Shown here piece after piece: positions 8,116 to 18,117 of a stretch of DNA of 42,085 bases. Source of the stretch: a virus. Taxonomy: Duplodnaviria; Caudoviricetes. Under the pieces are notes generated by a model that was given only the letters and a program-made list of their open reading frames with translations, was not told where the DNA came from and did not search any database. Positions within the stretch are counted from its first letter, which is position 1, and every line of letters starts with the position of its first letter. The DNA is taken from the IMG/VR virus record IMGVR_UViG_3300016476_000306, positions 1-42,085 of that record. One strand, given 5' to 3'. Position numbers and translations under genes: made by a program.

Positions 8116-8826
8116 TTACAGCTTAAAGCCCATGCTCTTGCCACTTGTAGAAGTGCCTTGAGTACCTTGGAACTGAGGCGTTGTATTTCCTTGCGGAACA
8201 CCAAACACCACAGAAGCATATTTGCTGTAAATGTCTTGAGGTGTTTGAGCGTAACCAATACGAGCCGCAGCAGCTTGTTGAGCAGCGCCAAGACCGGCTT
8301 GACCAGCACCCAAAAGAGCATTTGCGGCTTGTTGACGTTGACCTTCAACAGTCCCAGACACTTGAGCCGCCACATTCCCAAGACGGGCTTGAGAGAGGCT
8401 TGCCAAGTTACGAGAAGCCAATGCTTGACGAGAAGAACCCAAGCCACCAGCGCCTCCATACAAAGCGCCTTGCTGATTCATTTGCTCCCGGATGTCTTCA
8501 GTAGCAGGCTGAAGAGCGGCATTGATCTGTTCTTGCTTGTACTCAGGGCTAAACAGCTTTTGAAGGCCGGTCAACCCACTAAGGTATGCGCCAGTACCGC
8601 CAGCCTCCTGAAGAGCGCCAGCACGTTGGCCAACATCCATGGCAGTTTGAGCCGCCTGAGTTGCCGCACCTTGACCTTGACTAAATGCTTGCTGTGCCCC
8701 GCCAATCGTTTGCTGATAAGCCGGGAATGCTGTTTCCGTCAGGAATTTAGTTTGCTGACGAAGTAACTCTTGCTGTTCGGGAGTTACTTGTACTTGAGTA
8801 GTACTTGAACCTTTACCGCCACCCAT
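8116..8826 (-). CDS. Putative pilot / ejection protein (Gly/Ala/Gln-rich)
   Basis: MGGGKGSSTTQ start and AQ-rich helices typical of podovirus ejection proteins. Confidence 0.7.
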   Translation of the reverse strand: MGGGKGSSTTQVQVTPEQQELLRQQTKFLTETAFPAYQQTIGGAQQAFSQGQGAATQAAQTAMDVGQRAGALQEAGGTGAYLSGLTGLQKLFSPEYKQEQINAALQPATEDIREQMNQQGALYGGAGGLGSSRQALASRNLASLSQARLGNVAAQVSGTVEGQRQQAANALLGAGQAGLGAAQQAAAARIGYAQTPQDIYSKYASVVFGVPQGNTTPQFQGTQGTSTSGKSMGFKL

Positions 8827-9105
8827 TTAGCGACCTTTGCCTTTCCCAGCGCCATAAACGGGCTGTTGAATGTTTGCATTATCCCATGGACCCACTGTAT
8901 TTGAATAGCGGTTTGGCTGGCCATATTGAGGCTGACCAGATTGTCCAGAATAAGTAATTGCCCCGCCTTTGCCAACAGGACGAGAAACGCCATCAGATTG
9001 CCCTTGAGGAGGTTGGGCCTGTTGTACAACATTTTGTACAGGTCCACCTTTGCCTTGAGGCTGATTTGTTTGAGGAGCTTGAACTTGAGAAATCGGGGAG
9101 CCCAT
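8827..9105 (-). CDS. Low-complexity Q/G/P-rich protein
   Basis: ATG at 9105 with GGAG RBS; abuts both neighbours. Confidence 0.65.
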   Translation of the reverse strand: MGSPISQVQAPQTNQPQGKGGPVQNVVQQAQPPQGQSDGVSRPVGKGGAITYSGQSGQPQYGQPNRYSNTVGPWDNANIQQPVYGAGKGKGR

Positions 9106-9107
9106 AT

Positions 9108-9518
9108 TTACTCCGGTTGAGTCGGCCAAATCACATTAAATGGATAGCCAGATTGTTGAGTTATATCACGAAGTTGCTGCCGATATACAGCCCATTCTTC
9201 TTGCTTTGCAAGCGTCAATGGATTGTTTGGCAATTGAGTCCAGTCAGATTGCTGAAGTAATTTATTTCGAGTAATGTTAATGAAGTTTTCTTGAGCAATT
9301 TTATTTGGAACCCATTGTTTTTTAAAAAAATCAAAATCCCAAAACCCTTCTGGTTTTTTTGGTTTATTTTTTATTAATCTTTTATCTATATATTGAGTAA
9401 TTCCGTCTGCAAATCCTTCAATAACAAACTCTCCTTGCAAAGATAAATCATTATCTTGACAAATTCCAGTTTTTTGTATTTCACCTGTTTCTCCATTATA
9501 AACAATAAAATTTTTCAT
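9108..9518 (-). CDS. Tail fibre assembly chaperone
   Basis: RNKLLQQSDWTQLP...WAVYRQQLRDIT...WPTQP motif. Confidence 0.85.
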   Translation of the reverse strand: MKNFIVYNGETGEIQKTGICQDNDLSLQGEFVIEGFADGITQYIDKRLIKNKPKKPEGFWDFDFFKKQWVPNKIAQENFINITRNKLLQQSDWTQLPNNPLTLAKQEEWAVYRQQLRDITQQSGYPFNVIWPTQPE

Positions 9519-11842
9519 CTTTTAATTCCCAATACTTGAATTGCAGATGTTCCACCATAAGAAGGTTGATCAGCAGAAATAGTAAAAGTATGCGACCCAG
9601 ATGAAGTTGTTGTAAATACGCAACTAATTGGTATTGCTCCAAATATATCTGATCCATTAGGGTCGCCAATAGCTGTTGAAGTGGAAGTGGCAGCGGTTCC
9701 TGATCCACTTGCTCCGCTATATGTAATAGTCGCAGTTCTTGTATATATGGCTAAATACGGAGATGATATATAAATTGTGGCAGCAGTTATAAATCCAGAA
9801 ACATATACATTAATATTTGCTGGTAATGTTAACGTGATATTTACAGTCAAAGACGTTGATGTTGCAGCAGAAGGAACTGTTACTGCTTGTCCTGCAATTT
9901 GAAGAGTATCAACAGCAGCATTTGCAATTGCAGCATTTGCCGCAGTAATGCTGTTTGCCGCCATATTTGCAGCAGAAATTGTTGCCGTTGCTATTTGTGA
10001 TGCAGTAATTGTGTTGGCTGCAATATTTGATGCGGTAATTGTATTTGCGGCTATTTTGTCGCCAGTTATTGTGCTTCCTGCAATATTAGTGCCAGTAATC
10101 GTATTTGCAGCTACTTTGTCGCCAGTAATTGTGTTCTGAACAATCAGACTGCCAGTGATGTACGTTTGAAATAGCGCCCAACTGGTGGTGAACCGATATA
10201 CAACAGCATTGTTGTAGTTGTTGTAGCTGACGGTTGCAATATCACCGGCAACAGGGTTTCGTCCAAGAAGGGCGCTTACTTCAGCATCTGTTGGAGCAGA
10301 GCTGTCATTTGCTACGCGAGTAATGACATATGTAGCCGCTCCATTGGCTCCATTGGTGCCATTGGTGCCATTTGTACCGTTTGCACCGTTTGCACCGTTA
10401 TACGCAATAGCCCGAATCGGATAGGACGTATTTGTCCAATCCAAGGTTGAAGTTGTCGTTGTTGCTGACACATTCAACGGAATGGTAATGGCCCACAGAT
10501 AGTTGCCAGCAACAGTATTGCTAGGAGCCGTTGTAGACCACCCAGAAGGCGCCGTATAAGCGCCAGTAGACCAAGTATAGGTTGAGGTGGTTGACGGTCT
10601 TGAGGGAGGCGTAGACGATCCGGTCCAAATGTAGATGGTCGGGAATGCCGACATGACGCCATTCGCGCCAGCAGTGCCTGGAGCGCCGTCATACACCACC
10701 GGCATATTGATTGTCTTTGTCAGTGGTGTAATCAGATTTGACCCATTGACCGTCAAAGACACAGAAACGCCAGTAGACGAGCTTGTTGGCGTCACAACAA
10801 CAGAAGATGCCGTGGAGCTTGTTGGTGTGGCTCCACTGATTGTCCAACTGTATGTTGGAGATGTGACGTTTTGCAGAACGGCCGACAAAGTTGCCGAAGT
10901 TGGCGTAAAAGCGCCGCCAGAGTTCTGAACAAAAGCGGTGTAACCACTAATGTCCAAAGACGATCCTTGTTGACCAGTAGCTCCGGGATCAGCGTAAATC
11001 AGTTGCAAAGTAGCAACACCGGCCTGAGTAACAACTCCAAGGCTGTTTTTATACCGAACAGGAACCGTGATGTATGCGGGACTATTCGGCATGGCTGTAG
11101 GATTAGGCCATTGAGCATAGTCACCAGCATCCGTTGGACTGCCGATAGTAATGTTGGTGTAAGAAATATCTCCGTTGCCAGTGGTGGAGCTATTGCCAAT
11201 ACGCCAAGAATTGTTGACAAATCCTGCTGCTGTATCTGTTTGGGCGTCGGTAAACGGGATAACAGCGCCTTTGTCTGTCGCGTACATGACGGGAGTAATA
11301 CCCGTCAAATCCGGAGCCAAAGGACTGCCAGTTCGCGGAACTTGCAAAATGGTTGGCGTGAAATACGCCACAAACGTTTCGGCAATGACTGGAATGTTTC
11401 CAGAAGTTACCACATCCAAATCAATAGATGATCCGGGATCAACAAGCCAACCAGAATCAGGAGCAGAGATGGATGCGGCAAACTGGATTTGACGGCCACC
11501 AGTGCAGATATACCAAAGTGATTTGGTTACTCCAAAACCGCCAGAAACCTTGTACCAAATGTAATCGGCAGGATTAGATGATTCAGAAGCGTCATCGCTA
11601 TTGCGAATGCCATAGTATTCTCGATTTGTAGGGCTGTTTGAGAAATTAACAGAACCATCAAAACTGTCAGCATATTTGATGGCCATGTACTTGTACAAAT
11701 AGCCAATTGTTTCGCCTGTTGGCCCTTTAATTTGCCCTGAATTTGGGTCAGAAGTCACTCCTGTTGAAAAATTGCTCAACAAATAGTTGACTGCTTCTGA
11801 AAGTTCAGAAACTTCCGGGCTTGAATCAAGCAAAAAAGGCAT
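9515..11842 (-). CDS. Tail spike/fibre-like protein, 775 aa
   Basis: Thr/Ser-rich beta segments, G-X-N collagen-like run, ITxxxIAANT repeats; followed by a chaperone gene. Confidence 0.8.
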   Translation of the reverse strand: MPFLLDSSPEVSELSEAVNYLLSNFSTGVTSDPNSGQIKGPTGETIGYLYKYMAIKYADSFDGSVNFSNSPTNREYYGIRNSDDASESSNPADYIWYKVSGGFGVTKSLWYICTGGRQIQFAASISAPDSGWLVDPGSSIDLDVVTSGNIPVIAETFVAYFTPTILQVPRTGSPLAPDLTGITPVMYATDKGAVIPFTDAQTDTAAGFVNNSWRIGNSSTTGNGDISYTNITIGSPTDAGDYAQWPNPTAMPNSPAYITVPVRYKNSLGVVTQAGVATLQLIYADPGATGQQGSSLDISGYTAFVQNSGGAFTPTSATLSAVLQNVTSPTYSWTISGATPTSSTASSVVVTPTSSSTGVSVSLTVNGSNLITPLTKTINMPVVYDGAPGTAGANGVMSAFPTIYIWTGSSTPPSRPSTTSTYTWSTGAYTAPSGWSTTAPSNTVAGNYLWAITIPLNVSATTTTSTLDWTNTSYPIRAIAYNGANGANGTNGTNGTNGANGAATYVITRVANDSSAPTDAEVSALLGRNPVAGDIATVSYNNYNNAVVYRFTTSWALFQTYITGSLIVQNTITGDKVAANTITGTNIAGSTITGDKIAANTITASNIAANTITASQIATATISAANMAANSITAANAAIANAAVDTLQIAGQAVTVPSAATSTSLTVNITLTLPANINVYVSGFITAATIYISSPYLAIYTRTATITYSGASGSGTAATSTSTAIGDPNGSDIFGAIPISCVFTTTSSGSHTFTISADQPSYGGTSAIQVLGIKR
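9940..10140 (-). repeat. 10-aa tandem repeats (ITxxxIAANT-like) in the tail protein
   Basis: About 7 units visible in the translation. Confidence 0.8.
10340..10400 (-). repeat. 9-bp tandem repeats encoding (NGA/NGT)n
   Basis: ccattggtg/ccgtttgca units; translation NGANGANGTNGTNGTNGANGA. Confidence 0.85.
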
Positions 11843-13458
11843 TAGAAAGCATCCTCAACAATTGTTGTTTGCCAGTTCAGTGCTGTCAAATTCCAAGCAT
11901 TTGTGGCGTCATTGGATTCTACTTTTACAGCAATGGTTCTACCAGACTGTTGTTGAGTTGTAATCCAAGGAGTATTGGTGTCAATATCAGTGACACCTGT
12001 TTGGCCATATATTGGAGCTTGAGCTGTGCTGTTGGCTGCACCAACAGTGATATTGATTGATCCAGAACCAGCAATTTCAGGCAAAACCCGATGAACATAC
12101 ACTTTTGACGAATATGGAACTGGCCCTTTTTCAGTTTGGAGTGTCATGTTTTGACGTTCAAACAAAGCAGGAATTGCGGAGCCATTAAAAGAGTTGCCAA
12201 TATTTGTTTCTACAAGCTGTTGAGATGTCCCATCTGCTCTGGCATATGTCACTACTCGGGAGGCCAGATTAAAAGCTCCAGAGACATATTTTGGGCCTTC
12301 TGTACCCATGCAAGCATTACGGATGGTTTTGGGTGCATTCCAGATTTGCAAATCGTAACGATACGATAGCATTCTGTTGCACCAGCCAGTAGATGTCAGG
12401 TCCGGGTAATAAATCTCAATTTGGTATTTTTGGGTATTGTTAACCATGAACACCCTGTCAAAGTAGGCAGGGTTCAGGTTGGAAAAGAAATAATCTTTGA
12501 CTCTTTGATTGCCGATCGAATTGAAATTGGCGCCATCAAATACCCAAATATCCCGGCTATCAATCCCGTAAACATTGGCATCCGTATTTGTCCAGCAATT
12601 GTTGTTCATCAAGCCTCTGCCTTGATTCATCAGTCGAACACCAAAAATAGGTGCCGTACTGTTTTGGTAGGCAATAGGAGAAAAAACAACCGTATCCCAA
12701 TGGCTACAAACATAGAAGTTTGCGCCAAGGAAAAATCCATCAATCAAAGGACCGCGAACCGGGACTTCTTGTTCGTTGGCTACGTTAGTTAGTGTAGGTT
12801 CCCATGTGTCTGGATGGCCTGTATTGGCAAAAGATTGTGACCAGCGAACCGTTGTGGGATAGTTGGTTTCAATGCCAGAAACTGTTTTTGTCAGGTTCCC
12901 GGCAATCAGAATGTTTCCAACGTTGGGGGAGCAATAGTTACGGACAAATCCAGCCGTTGTTTTGGTTACGCCAAGAGTGCTTTCGTAATTCCAAGACGCA
13001 TCAGAAGTAATTGTGATTTCATTGCTTGTTGGCAAGAAATACATTGGATTATTGATGCCATCATTGATAAAAAAAACACTGCCAACCCAAGAAGTAGTAA
13101 TGTTCAAGCCTTCAACATATCCTGTTAGATATACAGAAGGGTTCGCGCCAACTCCCGGTGTAATGTTTGACACCCCAGAGGAAGTAACCATGTACCAACG
13201 ACCATGATCCGATGAATCACGGGTAGCAACGATATATACCCAAGTTGTTTCTGAACGGAAACCGCCTTCCATGAAAATGGCTTGATTTGGCACAGCAGAC
13301 AAAACATCTTGTTCGCCAAAGATTTTTTTTATGCCACGAACATCAGCTTCGACATTCAAGCCATTGTTGTATTCCATAGGTCCAAGAGCGTTACTAGGCA
13401 CATCAGGCGTAAAACTGAGGGCCGTAAAAGGAGTTCTCAGACGGGTGTAGTCGCTCAT
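11842..13458 (-). CDS. Tail tubular / nozzle (head stabilisation) protein
   Basis: 538 aa beta-rich ORF with VRWS and DSRDIWVFDG motifs; podovirus position. Confidence 0.7.
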   Translation of the reverse strand: MSDYTRLRTPFTALSFTPDVPSNALGPMEYNNGLNVEADVRGIKKIFGEQDVLSAVPNQAIFMEGGFRSETTWVYIVATRDSSDHGRWYMVTSSGVSNITPGVGANPSVYLTGYVEGLNITTSWVGSVFFINDGINNPMYFLPTSNEITITSDASWNYESTLGVTKTTAGFVRNYCSPNVGNILIAGNLTKTVSGIETNYPTTVRWSQSFANTGHPDTWEPTLTNVANEQEVPVRGPLIDGFFLGANFYVCSHWDTVVFSPIAYQNSTAPIFGVRLMNQGRGLMNNNCWTNTDANVYGIDSRDIWVFDGANFNSIGNQRVKDYFFSNLNPAYFDRVFMVNNTQKYQIEIYYPDLTSTGWCNRMLSYRYDLQIWNAPKTIRNACMGTEGPKYVSGAFNLASRVVTYARADGTSQQLVETNIGNSFNGSAIPALFERQNMTLQTEKGPVPYSSKVYVHRVLPEIAGSGSINITVGAANSTAQAPIYGQTGVTDIDTNTPWITTQQQSGRTIAVKVESNDATNAWNLTALNWQTTIVEDAF

Positions 13459-13479
13459 TGGCTTTCCTTTTGTTTGATT

Positions 13480-13800
13480 TTAAGCCCAGGGCAGAGGCGG
13501 CTGAATCACGGGAGGGTTAATCTGAGTGTCGATCTGCTGCTGCACGGAGGCTTCCGTGGCTTGCTTATCCACACCGTTGGCCCATACCCAACCCAAAACC
13601 TGCTCTTGTGTGAGTTGCGAGTAAGGCGTAAACGGACCTTCGCCAGACAGGGGAACCGAGCAGGTGGCGTACACGCTGCCAGAGAAGGTGTCTTGCACAC
13701 CAGAACAAGTCCAGTGAACGTTGAACACCACATCTGTTTCATTGTCGGTCTGCGGGTAGCAGTCCATTTGGGTCACAGTCCAAGTAATTGTTGCGTTCAT
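13480..13800 (-). CDS. Tail-fibre-associated protein, 106 aa
   Basis: AAGGA RBS; directly downstream of the fibre gene; FTPYSQLT...VLGWV...PLPW motif. Confidence 0.7.
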   Translation of the reverse strand: MNATITWTVTQMDCYPQTDNETDVVFNVHWTCSGVQDTFSGSVYATCSVPLSGEGPFTPYSQLTQEQVLGWVWANGVDKQATEASVQQQIDTQINPPVIQPPLPWA

Positions 13801-13811
13801 GGTTTTTCCTT

Positions 13812-16800
13812 TCAGGGGTGGGTTGCTTTGTAGGCGTCGAACTCGGCTTTGAGTTCTTGGATGGCAGCGGTCAGCGTGGCGACCAAGAAGCTGGTGTCGA
13901 TGCCTTGATAGACTGGATTGCCTTCAGCATCCACAGCGTCTTTCTCGCCAGTCACGCACTGCGGCACGACTTCAGCCAACTCATGGGCAATGAAGCCTTC
14001 ACCTTCAGAGCCGTCTGCTTTCCAGTTGTAGGTGCAGGGCTTCAAAGCAGCGACCTTAGCCAGCGCACCAGTCATGGGCTGGATGTTGTCTTTCAGGCGG
14101 TAGTCGGAGGAGGTGTTGTAAGTGGTGCTTGTTGTGGTAACAGAAATGTTCCCAACCTTAGTACCAGACCTATAAAAACCAACAATTTCGCCATCCGATG
14201 TAAGACGGTTTAAATCTAAAACAGAGCCGCTTGAGCGTGTGAAAGAAACCCCATCAACGGGTCTTAATGCAATGCCTTGAGTTGCAAAATCCGTTGATGT
14301 TTTCCCCACCAGTAAATTCCCGCTGGAGTCGATGCGGGCGCGTTCGGTGCTGTTCAAATAAAAATATAAGTAGTTTGATGCGCCAGTGACTTCAATGCCA
14401 AGCGAGCCTGTGGAACCCACCAGTCGGCCAGATAGTGTGTTGCCATACTTCAGATCAAGCAGGCCGCCATTTGTGCCATTGATCGTCATTGCGCCGTAGT
14501 TGCTAACACCTGTTGGGATGGTAGTCCCAAGCCCCAAATTCCCACTCGCATCCAGCGTCATCGCCTGAGTGAGCGTCAGTGCAGCACCTGCACCAGATAC
14601 GTTGTTTGCGCCGTTAAACCAAGCATGACCGCCACCACTCAACTGAGTGTATGACGCAGCGTACCCGTTGCCGATATACCTAAAAACAGCGGAAGAATCT
14701 CGATACCAGTTTTGAGTAATGCCTGTTTCATTAGTTCCTGGTCTGCCATAAACAGCCGATGTTGAACTAATTTGAAATGCTCGGTAGTCGCTATACCACG
14801 CACTCGGCGTCACCCCGAGGCCGAGGTTGCCGGAGGAGTCTAGGGTGGCTTTCGTCGATCCGTTTGTACCCAGGTAAAGCGGAATTGCTCCAAGCGTGGT
14901 GAATGTCATTCCGCTGGATGCAGAGTAAATCTGACCTCGCGTTGTCCCACCATCAAGGAAGTCGATTTCACCACCGCTGGTGCCATTGATGGCAATCGTC
15001 TTGTACCCAGCGTAACTAGGGACTGAACTCGTCCCAATGCCCAGACCTGTGGAGGTTAGGCGCATTTGTTCGGAGCCACCAATCCACCAGATGTGCGGAG
15101 TGCTGGCAGCAGTGTTGTAAGTCATCTGCCCCCAGTACGAACCGCCAAAGATTTGATAGGCAGTGTTGTTCGTTCCGAGCTGAATAATGCCGTTTCCGGC
15201 ATTCGACCCTTGCACCATAAAAGGCGCAGTCGTATTGTCTGAACCGACAACTTTGAAGGTAGTCCCATCAAACGTCAGCGCACTCCCCGTGGTCAGCACC
15301 TTGCTTGCGTTGAGGTAGGGGACGCCGTTGGCTGTGCCGGCGGAAAGAGTAAGTCCAGTAAAAGAAGGAGAATTGCCAGTGCCAAGACCAAGATTGGTTG
15401 CAGCAGCAGCCGCAGTTGTTGCGCCAGTGCCACCGTTCGCAACAGCAAGTGTTCCAGCAAGTGTTACAGCGCCTGTTGTGGCAGTAGAAGGTGTAAGGCC
15501 CGTAGTCCCACCACTAAAAGACAATACACCAGTATTAGCAATCGTTACAGCCGTTGAGCCGTTGTAGCTTGTGCCAGATAGACCCGTGCCAATAGTCAAT
15601 GCGTTAGTCGCAGTTGCCGTGACCGTTGTGGAGCCTCCAAGGCTAACAGTACTTCCATTGATAGTAATACTGCTATTTGTAAGGCTAGCATTGCCAATGT
15701 TTGACAATGTATTGGATGCGCCACTAATTGTTTTATTTGTCAGCGTCTGAGTATCTGTGGTGCCAACAACAGCGCCAGCAGGGCCAGCAACGTTTGTCCA
15801 TTTTGTGTTTGTGGAGTTGCGTTGCAGCAAGTTATATGCAGCGACTGAAGTTACATCCACATCACCTTCATATTGGCCCAAAATGCCGCCAAAAGAAGGA
15901 CGAATGAACAAGGAGCCGTTGCTTGCAGATGAATAAATACAAGCACAAACTTGAATTTTGGGGTTTGGCGCAACAGGCAAAGTTGCCGTCAAACCACCGG
16001 GGACAGCGGGATCAAGATACAGAATCTGGCCAGCAGTAAATGCAGATGTATCAAGCTGACGAACAAGGCCAAAAGAAGTTACATAGCCCCAACCATTGAG
16101 CGGAATGTCTTGAGTAGCAATACCCATGACATAAGAAGCAGTTGACGCCGTAAGTCCAGTAGCAGGAGCGCCTGTCAACGCGCCAGAAGCGCCAACAGTG
16201 CCTGTGAACATGACAACCTGACCGTTAGTAATTGCGGAAGATGCTTTAATGCGGTAAAACTGCTCTTCGCCAATTTGCTGAACAGCATTGCCATTGGCCA
16301 TTACCAAGCTAAGAGTCTGATTGCCGTCAGCAGTATCCCAATACAAAGCACCGGGAGTTGTAGGAATTGTTGTGGGATTTACATCAAACTGAATGTAATC
16401 AGGCGAACTGATTCCATTCGTAATCCCAGACAAACTTGTAATATCGCTATTGGCACCAGAAGCCGCAGCACCCAAAGCAGTCCGAGCGCCAGATGCAGTT
16501 GTAGAGCCAGTGCCACCATTGGAAATTCCAACAATGCCAGTAACATTATTAGAAGTGCCACTAACAGAGCCTTGAATGGTGTTATTAAAAGTCTTTGTGC
16601 CAGCAATAGTTTGATTGCTTGTCAGGTCAACATACAAACTGGAGCCAGTCAAACGAGTCCAAGTGCCAACTTGTTTGAACCAAATCGTTTCAGGAGTTGT
16701 GCCTGTCTCAATATACAGTTGGTCGGATTGGCCATCTGTTGGTTGCGGCGCACTTGAGCCAGAAAGAATTGGCAAGCCAGAAGCATAAGAAAACAACCCC

Positions 16801-17108
16801 GGCTCAGACCAAACCAAAGAACTGGAGTTTTTGCTGTTGACTAACGCAATAGAAACCCAAATCTTGTTTGTCGGGTTTGCAAAAGGTGTGCTAGACCAGC
16901 CGGTAGGAGGCGTACCAGAGTTGGTTGTAAAGCTCCAAGATCCACCAGTAGGAGTAGCAGGTTGCGTATCTGATTGAATGAAAATAAACCACTCAAAATA
17001 CGAACCGCCAAAGTTCACATTGTTGCCATAAAGGCCAGTAGATTCAGAACCAGAAGCTGCGGCAACAACACCGGAAGAACTGCTTCCATACAAACCAACA
17101 GTTGCCAT
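13812..17108 (-). CDS. Long tail fibre with C-terminal peptidase S74 intramolecular chaperone
   Basis: TSSDYRLK cleavage motif, GFIAHEL, C-terminal coiled coil; repeated xDSSGNLGxG modules. Confidence 0.93.
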   Translation of the reverse strand: MATVGLYGSSSSGVVAAASGSESTGLYGNNVNFGGSYFEWFIFIQSDTQPATPTGGSWSFTTNSGTPPTGWSSTPFANPTNKIWVSIALVNSKNSSSLVWSEPGLFSYASGLPILSGSSAPQPTDGQSDQLYIETGTTPETIWFKQVGTWTRLTGSSLYVDLTSNQTIAGTKTFNNTIQGSVSGTSNNVTGIVGISNGGTGSTTASGARTALGAAASGANSDITSLSGITNGISSPDYIQFDVNPTTIPTTPGALYWDTADGNQTLSLVMANGNAVQQIGEEQFYRIKASSAITNGQVVMFTGTVGASGALTGAPATGLTASTASYVMGIATQDIPLNGWGYVTSFGLVRQLDTSAFTAGQILYLDPAVPGGLTATLPVAPNPKIQVCACIYSSASNGSLFIRPSFGGILGQYEGDVDVTSVAAYNLLQRNSTNTKWTNVAGPAGAVVGTTDTQTLTNKTISGASNTLSNIGNASLTNSSITINGSTVSLGGSTTVTATATNALTIGTGLSGTSYNGSTAVTIANTGVLSFSGGTTGLTPSTATTGAVTLAGTLAVANGGTGATTAAAAATNLGLGTGNSPSFTGLTLSAGTANGVPYLNASKVLTTGSALTFDGTTFKVVGSDNTTAPFMVQGSNAGNGIIQLGTNNTAYQIFGGSYWGQMTYNTAASTPHIWWIGGSEQMRLTSTGLGIGTSSVPSYAGYKTIAINGTSGGEIDFLDGGTTRGQIYSASSGMTFTTLGAIPLYLGTNGSTKATLDSSGNLGLGVTPSAWYSDYRAFQISSTSAVYGRPGTNETGITQNWYRDSSAVFRYIGNGYAASYTQLSGGGHAWFNGANNVSGAGAALTLTQAMTLDASGNLGLGTTIPTGVSNYGAMTINGTNGGLLDLKYGNTLSGRLVGSTGSLGIEVTGASNYLYFYLNSTERARIDSSGNLLVGKTSTDFATQGIALRPVDGVSFTRSSGSVLDLNRLTSDGEIVGFYRSGTKVGNISVTTTSTTYNTSSDYRLKDNIQPMTGALAKVAALKPCTYNWKADGSEGEGFIAHELAEVVPQCVTGEKDAVDAEGNPVYQGIDTSFLVATLTAAIQELKAEFDAYKATHP

Positions 17109-17124
17109 TTTTTAATCCTTTAGG

Positions 17125-18108
17125 TCACTTAAACGAATAACGGTACACGCGGGGTTGGAACTCACTGGTGAGGTGCTGGTCGCCACCTCTCCACTTTCCC
17201 CTGTAATTCTGATCTTCAATCAGACCGTATGAATCATCAAAACGTACTTGCCATTTTTGAGCTTCTTCTACGTTTTTGTTTTTGTCGTAATAGCACTGAA
17301 GAGTGCCATACAAATAGCCTTCAGGGAAAGAAGACAAGACAGCATTGTTTTGAACAACGGGGTTCAAATTGTCGTCTGTCGGGCTAAACAAGAACGGAAA
17401 AGTTTTTTGGTAGTAGGCCTTGATTTCGACGTTTTCACCCGGATTGGGTGTAAAAACGTAATTAGGGCCAACCTCTGAAAAAGATGCTCGAATAACCCGA
17501 GGCACACCAAACGGACGGACATACAGTTGGTCAATCATCCGACGACGAATGATTTCACGATCACCAACTCGGTCGTAAATAATCCAAGGGCCAAGACCTG
17601 TTGCGCCCGGAGCTTGATTTTGCGGAGGAGTTTCTTGGAAAAACAAAATCGGGAAAACCATGTCCGAAGGAATCGGAGCCATGCCAGCCGAATTTGTTGT
17701 CAAGATAGAAGGTGCAATCTCGTCATACGGATTTGAGCGCAATGCAGGAAGCTCAAGCGTTCGCATCTTGAGTTCGCACATTTGAATACAAGCCTGAATC
17801 TCAACAGAAGATTGAGTAGGCAGTTTCAGGATGCTAGAAGGCAATGTTGCCCCTGTCCAAACATTATCTGTGTCAGACACTGTAATGCTGTCAACATCAA
17901 CAGCCAAAACAAGCGTGTAGGGGCCAGTAACACTGTTTCCAATAAAGTCTCCCACATTTACTTGTGATGTGGGATTTGCAGAAACAGTAATAATGCCAGT
18001 AACGTTGTCATACGCTGTGGCATTAATACCGATGGATGTTGGAATAGCCCCAACCCACTGTGCCACTCGGCTAACAAGAGAATTGGCAGACTGGATGAAA
18101 AGGGCCAT
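17125..18108 (-). CDS. Head-tail adaptor / tail tubular protein A-like
   Basis: IQMCELKMR N-terminal helix and FPEGYLYGTL...AQKW C-terminal pattern; synteny. Confidence 0.65.
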   Translation of the reverse strand: MALFIQSANSLVSRVAQWVGAIPTSIGINATAYDNVTGIITVSANPTSQVNVGDFIGNSVTGPYTLVLAVDVDSITVSDTDNVWTGATLPSSILKLPTQSSVEIQACIQMCELKMRTLELPALRSNPYDEIAPSILTTNSAGMAPIPSDMVFPILFFQETPPQNQAPGATGLGPWIIYDRVGDREIIRRRMIDQLYVRPFGVPRVIRASFSEVGPNYVFTPNPGENVEIKAYYQKTFPFLFSPTDDNLNPVVQNNAVLSSFPEGYLYGTLQCYYDKNKNVEEAQKWQVRFDDSYGLIEDQNYRGKWRGGDQHLTSEFQPRVYRYSFK

Positions 18109-18117
18109 TTTGCATCC

